Shown piece by piece: positions 1 to 7,896 of a DNA stretch of 41,173 nucleotides. The notes under the pieces were generated by a model. That model ran no database searches and had not been told where the DNA came from. It saw nothing but the letters and a program-made list of their open reading frames with translations. Source of the DNA: a virus (taxonomy: Duplodnaviria; Caudoviricetes); IMG/VR virus record IMGVR_UViG_3300037882_003602, positions 1 to 41,173 of that record; one strand, written 5' to 3'. How positions within the stretch are numbered: position 1 is the stretch's first letter; each line of letters opens with the position of its first letter. The position numbers and the translations under genes are program-made.

Positions 1-7
1 CGGTCAT
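1..7 (-). CDS. 5' end of the next head gene (presumably major capsid protein), truncated by the window
   Basis: ATG (cat at 5-7) preceded on the minus strand by AAAGGAG; follows protease-scaffold and decoration genes, the usual capsid gene position. Confidence 0.45.
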
Positions 8-36
8 AATTTTACTCCTTTGATACCGATGGTTGA

Positions 37-444
37 TTAGCCGCGGACGCCGATTAATACATCAACGGTCTGGTCAGTCGTATTCTTCGACATGACCAGC
101 GTTTTGTTGGCGGTCGCAGTGGTTTTCACTTCGCCGCTACCGGCGGATACCACGCTGTCACCGACAGCCACGGCATCACTGGTTTTGTAGCGGAGACGGA
201 AGCCGCCGAACAGATGCACGGATCCGCGCTTCACACCAGCCGCCACGTCGTTTTCGTAGCTCTGCAGAATGCCGAGGATAATGTCGCCATCCCCCGCCTT
301 CTTCACGGTGTTTGCAACGGTCGTCTGCGCCACCGGGGTGCCGATGTCGGATTCGGCCAAGCCGGAATCCAGCAGAAACGTCGGGGTGAAAATATTGGTG
401 CCGACGCCTACTAAGGTAACGCCACCGCCTGCAAGATTAGCCAT
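37..444 (-). CDS. head decoration/capsid cement protein
   Basis: 135 aa, Gly/Ala/Val/Thr-rich beta protein (AVGDSVVSAGSGEVK); lies between protease-scaffold and capsid start; AGGAG RBS. Confidence 0.65.
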   Translation of the reverse strand: MANLAGGGVTLVGVGTNIFTPTFLLDSGLAESDIGTPVAQTTVANTVKKAGDGDIILGILQSYENDVAAGVKRGSVHLFGGFRLRYKTSDAVAVGDSVVSAGSGEVKTTATANKTLVMSKNTTDQTVDVLIGVRG

Positions 445-465
445 AAGATTTCTCCTATTAAAAGG

Positions 466-1134
466 TTACTTTTTCGTTTTGAACACGCTCGGATCTTTCG
501 AACCGGCAGTGGGGTTCTGCTCACCCGGCGAGCCGGATTCCGCCGAAAGCAACAGACCACCCACCGGAAGCTTGCTTAACTTACCCTTCGCCGTATTGAT
601 GGTGGCGATCAGGTCGGAAAAGCTCTCCGGCACCGTAGGATTGGTGACGCCGGAAGCGACCAGCATGGCTTGGCACTGTACTTTCAGGAATTCCTTGACC
701 GGAGTGATCTCGGCGAGAAGCGCGTCCAGCTGGGCTTTGTGACCTTTCAGCGTCGTATTCTCGGTGGTCAGGGTAGCGATCTGCGTATCCTTGGCCGTGC
801 TTTCGGTTTTCAAGGTGGCGATGGTGTTCGCCTGAACCTTATTGTCGGCCTTGAGATCGATGACTTCGGCGATGGACAGATTCAGTTTCTCGCCGCCGTT
901 GTCACCACCGCCGGGATTGGCGGGGTTGGCAGGATTCTCAGGATTGGCAGTGTTGAATTCGGCCAGGGAGGTTTTGAACAGAGTGCGAAGCGCTTCCGCA
1001 TCGCTCAGAGTCATATCATCCTTGATCATCCCCATGCAGGTGACGATCCCGGCGAATTTAGCGTCGATCGCGCGCTTGCCGTCTTTTTCCAGCGAGGCGC
1101 GCAATTCGGCAACTTGTGCTGCAGTAAGTTTCAT
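466..1134 (-). CDS. nested in-frame scaffold protein (internal start MKLTAAQ)
   Basis: GAGG about 8 nt upstream of an internal ATG at the protease/coiled-coil boundary, as in lambda C/Nu3. Confidence 0.5.
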   Translation of the reverse strand: MKLTAAQVAELRASLEKDGKRAIDAKFAGIVTCMGMIKDDMTLSDAEALRTLFKTSLAEFNTANPENPANPANPGGGDNGGEKLNLSIAEVIDLKADNKVQANTIATLKTESTAKDTQIATLTTENTTLKGHKAQLDALLAEITPVKEFLKVQCQAMLVASGVTNPTVPESFSDLIATINTAKGKLSKLPVGGLLLSAESGSPGEQNPTAGSKDPSVFKTKK

Positions 1135-1842
1135 AATTTTATCCTCTTTGCCTTTGGTTGCGTACAGAACTTGGTAGCTCGGCAGATCATCGTTCGCCGC
1201 CGCGATGGACTGATCCGGCGCTACGATGCGGGCATGATCTGCAGCACCCTGACTGACGAGAGATAGCTCATAAAACTTCCGTAAGCCATCGAAAATAACA
1301 TGGATTCCATTTTGGCCGATGGTGTGATCATTCGGGCATGTCTGGTCGAGCCAGTTCATGAAGGTGTTCGGCGCCATGTAATCGAAGTTGCAATCATGGC
1401 CGGAGCACATGAGTTTCTGCGGGCGCGAGCCCACGCTTACTTCATTGACGATGCCGGTGTCGATGCTATCGGCCAGCTGCTTGCCGGCGTCATTGGTGAC
1501 AGGGATATAAAACAGCGCGCGCACTTCATTGACGCTGCGGCCATTCTGGTTACTGGTTTTGTGCAGCTCCGCGTGGAACACACGCCCGACGGGAAGCTCG
1601 CGCGACTGCTGGTGCAGCGTATGCAGCGGAAGGAAAGTCTCTTTGTTGATGTAATCCACCATCGCCTGCAGCGTGGCTTCGGTCATGCGCGATCCATCGT
1701 AGATACTGCCGATTTTGGAAACCGGGAGGTCGTTAATGGCGATCGTTTCAAAAACCGCGAAATTCTCAATGGCAAAATCATCGCTGCCGAGTGCGGCGGC
1801 GAGCTTTTCCTTGATCTTATCCGTCGGTTTAAGGCGCTTCAT
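466..1842 (-). CDS. prohead protease fused to scaffold
   Basis: HK97/U35-like protease motifs (LHTLHQ, LPVGRV, NEVSVG, YELSLVSQGA) with a Cys/His insertion (CSGHDC...CPNDH); C-terminal coiled coil. Confidence 0.75.
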   Translation of the reverse strand: MKRLKPTDKIKEKLAAALGSDDFAIENFAVFETIAINDLPVSKIGSIYDGSRMTEATLQAMVDYINKETFLPLHTLHQQSRELPVGRVFHAELHKTSNQNGRSVNEVRALFYIPVTNDAGKQLADSIDTGIVNEVSVGSRPQKLMCSGHDCNFDYMAPNTFMNWLDQTCPNDHTIGQNGIHVIFDGLRKFYELSLVSQGAADHARIVAPDQSIAAANDDLPSYQVLYATKGKEDKIMKLTAAQVAELRASLEKDGKRAIDAKFAGIVTCMGMIKDDMTLSDAEALRTLFKTSLAEFNTANPENPANPANPGGGDNGGEKLNLSIAEVIDLKADNKVQANTIATLKTESTAKDTQIATLTTENTTLKGHKAQLDALLAEITPVKEFLKVQCQAMLVASGVTNPTVPESFSDLIATINTAKGKLSKLPVGGLLLSAESGSPGEQNPTAGSKDPSVFKTKK

Positions 1843-1945
1843 GATAAACTTCCACTTACGAAGATTTTATACAATTTCACGGAACAGCAACATAAAGTCA
1901 AGCAGTATCAAATAGATACTGTCCATCAGTGCCGTGCTGATGCGT

Positions 1946-2329
1946 TTACGAATTAGTTACGTTTCGCAAAAGCTCCAGCGTACCGACAGCGACAACCACC
2001 GGCGCACCGGATCCATCAATCGCTTCCAGTTCCTGATGATACTTTCCACCACAGTTCACGGTATCGGATGCGTCGAGCTGCACGCTGCATTTTCCCTGCG
2101 CCGCATTCGTCACAGTGATTCCGCTGCTGGTGCTTTTCTGCACGACGGGAGTTTTGCTATAAGTGCCATCGCTGTTCAAGCGAGACATTCCCCATTTGAG
2201 CGTAATGCCGGTGAGATTCAGGGGCGCTTCCGGCACCACGTCTTTATTGATGATCGTGAATTCCAGGATGCGCTTATTGCCTGCATAAAAGGTGTCATCC
2301 TGGTTGATCGCTGCCACCTTACACCCCAA
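1946..2329 (-). CDS. BppU-N-like Ig-fold virion protein
   Basis: Pattern GNKRILEFTI...PLNLTG...GKCSVQLDASDT...GKYHQELE...GTLEL resembles BppU N-terminal-like adaptor domains. Confidence 0.55.
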   Translation of the reverse strand: MGCKVAAINQDDTFYAGNKRILEFTIINKDVVPEAPLNLTGITLKWGMSRLNSDGTYSKTPVVQKSTSSGITVTNAAQGKCSVQLDASDTVNCGGKYHQELEAIDGSGAPVVVAVGTLELLRNVTNS

Positions 2330-2912
2330 GGACTTCGTGGTTGACGAATACTTTCAGCGTATCGTTGGCCGTCTTATCGAAGCTGGTCAACGTGAAACCA
2401 GTGAGAATCGGCGAACTGCCGGAACCGAAAGTCACGCCCGACGCCGCGATTGCACCGGCATCGATGCCGGTCGCATTGAAGTCGGCCTTGGTGTAGCTGA
2501 ACAGCCAGGTGATGATGTCCACGCCCGCGCCGGTATTGTCCGCATCGCCATCGTTGGTTTTCGGATAGGTGGCGGATACGGCTTTCGACGTGCCGGAAAT
2601 CGCGGTGCCGGAGAGATTGCCCGCGTGGGTGGTTTTCTGCGGATGGGTGGCCGACCAGTCGTTCGATGCCAGATACAGGTTGGCGAACGTATTGGTGGGA
2701 GATTCGCCGCACGCCTTCTGCGCATAATAGGTGTCGCCGGCGTTGGTGATGATGTTGTGCGCCGGGATAAGCAGCTTGCGCTTGTCGTTGTCCAGTACGC
2801 AGAGGATGTTGTTTTTCTTCGGAATCAGAACATCCAGTTCGGGGAAAAAGATCGACCCGATGGTTTCATAAACCCGGTTCTGGAAGCGGCTTACACGGTG
2901 ACGAATGAGCAT
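2319..2912 (-). CDS. virion structural protein (fibre/filament subunit-like)
   Basis: HNIITNAGDTYYA...FDKTANDTLKV, a common phage minor structural protein pattern; GGAG RBS. The real start may be slightly downstream. Confidence 0.55.
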   Translation of the reverse strand: MLIRHRVSRFQNRVYETIGSIFFPELDVLIPKKNNILCVLDNDKRKLLIPAHNIITNAGDTYYAQKACGESPTNTFANLYLASNDWSATHPQKTTHAGNLSGTAISGTSKAVSATYPKTNDGDADNTGAGVDIITWLFSYTKADFNATGIDAGAIAASGVTFGSGSSPILTGFTLTSFDKTANDTLKVFVNHEVLGV

Positions 2913-2921
2913 ATTTCTCTC

Positions 2922-3104
2922 CTATCTGTCGGGGTTGAGCACAGCCACCACTGACTCGCCACCTTCCATTATGGAATTTATCTTTGATTTCCCCTGAGCA
3001 GGACGAGCATTTTTGCGAATTTTATGCGCAGCCCACAGCAGAATGATCCCGGTTGTTATAATACCAGATAACCACCCTGTCAAAAAACAAATAAATTCCA
3101 TCAT
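2922..3104 (-). CDS. small single-TM membrane protein
   Basis: Hydrophobic N-terminus followed by a basic tail; lower GC than neighbours. Confidence 0.5.
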   Translation of the reverse strand: MMEFICFLTGWLSGIITTGIILLWAAHKIRKNARPAQGKSKINSIMEGGESVVAVLNPDR

Positions 3105-3105
3105 G

Positions 3106-6012
3106 TTAATCAGTAGCTCCCTTGAGATCAGTGCTAACAGTTTTATAAGTGGCAGTAAAGATACTTTTCTCGTCCTGCCCGCCGGTCAGTGATTGCGCGG
3201 GTGTGCGGAAGCTGGCGCTGAATTTCGAAACGCTTTGATATTGGCCCTGCAGTTTCACTTTCGTGAAAAACTTGGCGTTGAAACGAACAAGAATTTCAAT
3301 GATGCCACCGAATCCTCGCAGCACGCGCTCCACAACATCGGCGGTTTCCAGGATCACCCGCGAGATTCCGCGCACGGTGATCTGCTGGTCGAAGAAATAC
3401 ATCGTCTCATCGAGCAGTTTCAGGCTCACATTGGTGCGCTGGACGATCTCCAGCAGGTGCGCCATTTCCTCCAGATCTTTGATAATCACCCTGCCGGTAA
3501 GCACACCTTCGACCAGATTGTAAGTCTCCTGCAGGGTGCGCGTGATACCCCTGGTCTGCGATACGGATTCAATGATATGCAAGCTCTCCAGCGCCTGGGC
3601 CAGGAGAACCTTGGTCATCGTCAAAACCTCATGGATCTGCACCGATTCGTTGAGTAGGCGAACCTTCCCCAAGATGGAACGCAGATCTTCATCGAATGTC
3701 ACCGTATCCGCGTGCTGGCGCACCAGCTGCAGCGTGCGCACGGCAGTTTCAATCACATGCGCGGTTTCACTGGAAAACTTCACCTGCGTGCGGAGCTTGA
3801 TGGTCGATTCCACCATATTGGCGGTTTCAGCGAGGCGCCGGGTTAGGGTACGGCTCATCAACTGATTCTCGTTCAGCGTGAGCGATTCCGAAACACTTTG
3901 CACCAGCCCGCGCAGCTGCTGCAGAATCTCATCGAACTCCATGCTTTCGGAAAATACGCGCACCTGCCCCAGGACGGTGTTGAGCGCTTCCGGCTCGTTC
4001 ATCGTTTCCTGGATGGCACGCACGCGCAGACGGTAGCGCGATATAACCTCACTTAAATTCATCGCTTCGGTAGCGATGCGGTTGATCCCTTTGGTCAAAT
4101 ATTTCGCCTCGGAAATTTGCATCGTTTCCGATTTATGGCGGGTGAGACCACGCAGGATCTGCTTCACTTCCGACAATTCCATCGTTTCGGATTTGAAGCG
4201 ATGCAGGCCGCGCAGCGCCGCTGTGGTCTCCGACCATTCCATTTGATCGCTGGACATTTGAATCAGCCCGCGCAACGCGGCGCGCGCCTCGGAAAGCTGC
4301 ATCTGATCCGAACGCATCCTGGAAAGCGCGCGCAGCGCGGCGCGCGCCTCGGAAAGCTGCATCGATTCGCTTTTCAAGCGCACCTTATCGGAGAACCGCA
4401 GGATTCCTTCGGAAGCATGGATGACTTCGGCCACGATGCGCAGCATCGCATTCGATAAAACCAATTCCTCATGGCCTTCGATCTGCTCGCTCACATAGCG
4501 GAATTTACCCATCGTTTTATAGAGCACTTCCGCCAGCTCGCAGCTTTCATCCAGCACCTGCAGGATGCCTTTGATATTCGCGCTGTCCTCACTCCACTCG
4601 GTATCCTCATCGAGCACCTTTAGACGCGCACGCATCGCCGCGACCGATTCATTCACATGCGCTGTTTCCAGCAGCAAGCGCACCAATACACGCAGCTGCA
4701 GCTTGGCCTCGACGCCTTGGAATGTTTCCGCCAATCGCCGCACCAATACGCGCAGCTGCAGCTTCGCTTCCGAGTCCTGCATTTGCTCGGCTTTCACTTG
4801 CCTGATTGCATTGAAACGCAGCTTCGCCTCGCTCAAATTCAGATCTTCATCGGTGACTTTCACCAGATCCAATCCACTGGACGCCTCGGTGAGGCTGATC
4901 GCAATACTTACCGCGGAATGAACCTTGACCGTGGTGCTGGTACTGGAATTATAGCGAGTATCGTATGTGGTGCTGACCGCGGTTAAACTTCGCTTGGAGA
5001 AAAGCGTCAGTGGATTCGAGCCGGTATTGGTAGCGGTGGCATCGGTCGATTTATACATACCGATTTTCTGCGTGCTTCCATCCCGGTGCTCCGCTTCACA
5101 GAAATTGCTACCGCTGGTTTTTGCAAACAGTGCATTCTGGATCACCAGATAATCATCCGCCACAGGGGTGAAATTGTGGCTGTTCTTGGTCTGTGGAGAC
5201 GTGCTGGTGGTCGAAGATTCCGCGAGGCTCCGGCCCACATAATTCTGCGCAAGATCACCCAAATAAATATAGCAGAAGCGCATATTACGCAGGCGGATAT
5301 TACCAAAGCCGAATCGATCCGGGCGTTGCTGAATCTTCCAAGTCATCGCTCCCGCGGTGAGAGCCAAAATATCGCAGAAGAACCAGCTGTAATAATCCGT
5401 GCCGTTCTTCGGCTCACGGCTGATCACCCCGTAGGTATTGGTGCCGTCATAGAGACGAATACCATGCCGCTGGCCGGTGGCGGCGCGGCCATCGCCGCAC
5501 GCCATGACCAGATAATCTCCGGTCTGTGGAATCGTGGGATTCGCGGTATGACAATCAACCCACGCCTGCGCGCCAGTATAACTGTTCTCGGTATTTGTTT
5601 CGCTGATGTGATCGTTCGCACCCAGCTCCAGGGCGAAAAGAGTCACATCTTCCAGTCCGGTGGAACCGGAGGCGCCGGAGATGCGCGCCAGCTCCAGGCT
5701 GAAATTCTGGTTCGCGGGCGAGCCAGATGATGTATATTTTCCGAAAGCGGCAAATCCCGATTTATAACCGGCGACGAAGTTACCTTGTTGGATCTCATTC
5801 ATCGTCACCGACGCGGTATCGTGGCGCAAACGAATACCGTTGATCGGCGCGGCATTGCTCACCCATTCATGGAGCCCCGCCGCCAGGATAACGTGATCTT
5901 TACTTGCATTGGGAACAAGAGTGATAGCGCCGACGGAATGATCGGCGTAGGTGCTGCTAGTGCTTGTTGACTGCGACGAACTTTCCGCCGCTACGTTGTT
6001 CCGCACCGACAT
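3106..6012 (-). CDS. large fibre-like protein: three tandem beta-sandwich domains plus about 26 x 20-aa repeats
   Basis: Repeat xE(T/S)hxhxE....R.h.R.h with an exact 60-nt period from 4851 to 3351; three related ~125-aa N-terminal domains. Confidence 0.8.
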   Translation of the reverse strand: MSVRNNVAAESSSQSTSTSSTYADHSVGAITLVPNASKDHVILAAGLHEWVSNAAPINGIRLRHDTASVTMNEIQQGNFVAGYKSGFAAFGKYTSSGSPANQNFSLELARISGASGSTGLEDVTLFALELGANDHISETNTENSYTGAQAWVDCHTANPTIPQTGDYLVMACGDGRAATGQRHGIRLYDGTNTYGVISREPKNGTDYYSWFFCDILALTAGAMTWKIQQRPDRFGFGNIRLRNMRFCYIYLGDLAQNYVGRSLAESSTTSTSPQTKNSHNFTPVADDYLVIQNALFAKTSGSNFCEAEHRDGSTQKIGMYKSTDATATNTGSNPLTLFSKRSLTAVSTTYDTRYNSSTSTTVKVHSAVSIAISLTEASSGLDLVKVTDEDLNLSEAKLRFNAIRQVKAEQMQDSEAKLQLRVLVRRLAETFQGVEAKLQLRVLVRLLLETAHVNESVAAMRARLKVLDEDTEWSEDSANIKGILQVLDESCELAEVLYKTMGKFRYVSEQIEGHEELVLSNAMLRIVAEVIHASEGILRFSDKVRLKSESMQLSEARAALRALSRMRSDQMQLSEARAALRGLIQMSSDQMEWSETTAALRGLHRFKSETMELSEVKQILRGLTRHKSETMQISEAKYLTKGINRIATEAMNLSEVISRYRLRVRAIQETMNEPEALNTVLGQVRVFSESMEFDEILQQLRGLVQSVSESLTLNENQLMSRTLTRRLAETANMVESTIKLRTQVKFSSETAHVIETAVRTLQLVRQHADTVTFDEDLRSILGKVRLLNESVQIHEVLTMTKVLLAQALESLHIIESVSQTRGITRTLQETYNLVEGVLTGRVIIKDLEEMAHLLEIVQRTNVSLKLLDETMYFFDQQITVRGISRVILETADVVERVLRGFGGIIEILVRFNAKFFTKVKLQGQYQSVSKFSASFRTPAQSLTGGQDEKSIFTATYKTVSTDLKGATD
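3292..4851 (-). repeat. 60-bp-period coding tandem repeat
   Basis: Near-identical adjacent DNA units at 4270-4365 (cgcggcgcgcgcctcggaaagctgcatc) and 4680-4770 (gcaccaatac.cgcagctgcagctt). Confidence 0.9.
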
Positions 6013-6014
6013 AA

Positions 6015-6386
6015 TTAATCATCCACTTCATTCAGCACCTTTGACGCTTTATTCAACCGCTTTTTGAGGTTCTGAGAAAAAAGATTCGGCTGCTTCGAAT
6101 CGATCTCCAACAGCGCATCGAGCACCACATCAAGGATCTCCGGCAGCTTACGGTACATCCGGCTTGCGCGCTGCTCTTTCGTGCGCATATCCTTCATGTA
6201 ATTTTCAGTTTCCACTTCGAAACCTTGCAGCTCCGCCAAAGAAGGTTTCGGCACGCCGGGTACAGCCCACTCCATTTTCTCATAATCATTGCCGTGGATG
6301 GTGACGCTACCCTGCGCCGCGGCGATCTGCTTGCCGTATTTATAATCGATAATGTCAGCGAGATTCATCATCTTCATCCTCCTCAC
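6015..6386 (-). CDS. XkdW-like / fibre assembly chaperone-like protein
   Basis: DYEKMEWAVPGVPKPSLAELQ motif, typical of small proteins flanking fibre genes. Confidence 0.5.
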   Translation of the reverse strand: MRRMKMMNLADIIDYKYGKQIAAAQGSVTIHGNDYEKMEWAVPGVPKPSLAELQGFEVETENYMKDMRTKEQRASRMYRKLPEILDVVLDALLEIDSKQPNLFSQNLKKRLNKASKVLNEVDD

Positions 6387-7896
6387 CTGATTCGATCAGC
6401 TGCAGCGCGAGATTGTGAGCTTTCACCGGTTTCTTCACGCTCTTGGATTTCGCCGCGCGTGAGGCTCCGGCGCCGCCGCTGACGCTCCGCCCCAGCGGAT
6501 CGGAATTGGGTGAGGGAGATTGCGCATCCTGCGCGGGTGCCATGAAACCGGTGCCGCTTAGCGGCGGCGTTCCGGCGGGAGGGAGACGATTATACATCAT
6601 CTGGTGATATTCGATGTCGCTGATCAGCCCCAGGCTCAGATCCTGCAGCAGGCGCTGCTGCATGATCAGGCGCTGCGGCTCCAGCTCCATGTTCGGGCGA
6701 AGCTCTACGGGTGTGAATTTCACCAGCACCTGTCCATCATAGCCGGTGAGACGCAGAGCCAGGGTGAGCAGCTGCGACCAGATTTCCGCCACCGGCTTGT
6801 TCAAACCGTCGGTATTGAGCGCGAACATGCGCGCTTCCACCGAACCGGTATTCACGCCGGATTCACCGCGCCCGATGACGGTTCCCATCGTTTTGAGGCC
6901 CGCCTGATTTTGATTGTCGAGCGTACCCATCACTTCCTTGACACGCTGCTCCATGCCAGTGCGGACGCCCTTCTGGTCAAGGAAGGAAGGCTCCACGCTG
7001 TCGAAGTGAACGAACGCCTGATCGGGGCGCAGCGTCGTGATCTGCGCGGAAATAGAATTCATGATGTCGGTGAAATAGGCTTTCATCTTCACCGGATCCG
7101 ACGAGATTTCCGCCGGCATATTCTTGCGCGCAACTTCTTCGACGATCTTGACCGTGAGGCGGGGAGCACCGGTGGTTTTCATGATCTGGAAAAGCGCGTT
7201 GATCACCGCCTGCCGCGCGGCCACCGTGTTGATGGCGGAGACGAAATGCGGCGTGGGATACACGTCGGTCGGATCCTGGTGGAAGGTGTGCATGAAGATA
7301 GTCGGCGAATCCAGCGGAATGCGCACACCCCCATTGCCAACCTGGATCATCTTAATCAGGCCCGGTGACGGCTCCTGGAATTCAATGGTGGAAGGATCCG
7401 CCAGCCTGACCTCATAGGGCAGCTTCTGTTTATCTAAAACTAATTCCGCAATGCACATGCCACGCATCAGGAACATATAGCGCATCCGTTCCGACATGCT
7501 GCGGAAGGTCTGCACCGGGCGGAATCCCAGGGTATAATCACTCGGCACGAACAGCGCATCGAGCACCGCTTCCAGCTGCTCCTGGCCGGTCTCATCGACC
7601 TCGCCTTGCGCGTTGAAAACCGTCATGCTCGGCTCGGTATCACCCAGCGTTAAATAGGCATCCTTGGTGGAGCTGAAATCGGGATCGCTGCGCAGCAGCC
7701 CTTTGACCACCGTGCGGCTGTCGCCCGCGAGCCTGCTTTGATAGATGTCCTCAAGATGCTCGCGGTATTGCGGCGCGGAGAGCTTGGGATTGGAGGGATT
7801 GTAGGTGGTGGTGACACTCACGCCGCCCGGTTTACCGGCCTTGCCTTTTGGCAAGGTGATCTGTCTCAGCTGGTCGAAGAAAGCACCAAACATCAC
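6355..7896 (-). CDS. portal protein
   Basis: 513 aa, directly after terL with an ATGA overlap; helical portal-like organisation. Confidence 0.75.
   Translation of the reverse strand: MMFGAFFDQLRQITLPKGKAGKPGGVSVTTTYNPSNPKLSAPQYREHLEDIYQSRLAGDSRTVVKGLLRSDPDFSSTKDAYLTLGDTEPSMTVFNAQGEVDETGQEQLEAVLDALFVPSDYTLGFRPVQTFRSMSERMRYMFLMRGMCIAELVLDKQKLPYEVRLADPSTIEFQEPSPGLIKMIQVGNGGVRIPLDSPTIFMHTFHQDPTDVYPTPHFVSAINTVAARQAVINALFQIMKTTGAPRLTVKIVEEVARKNMPAEISSDPVKMKAYFTDIMNSISAQITTLRPDQAFVHFDSVEPSFLDQKGVRTGMEQRVKEVMGTLDNQNQAGLKTMGTVIGRGESGVNTGSVEARMFALNTDGLNKPVAEIWSQLLTLALRLTGYDGQVLVKFTPVELRPNMELEPQRLIMQQRLLQDLSLGLISDIEYHQMMYNRLPPAGTPPLSGTGFMAPAQDAQSPSPNSDPLGRSVSGGAGASRAAKSKSVKKPVKAHNLALQLIESGEEDEDDESR

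Noticed and set aside
3292-4851. Repeat protein as tail tape measure or DGR target
   Set aside because: The beta-type 20-aa period and head-module location do not fit a tail tape measure; no reverse transcriptase or adenine-specific TR/VR pair is seen
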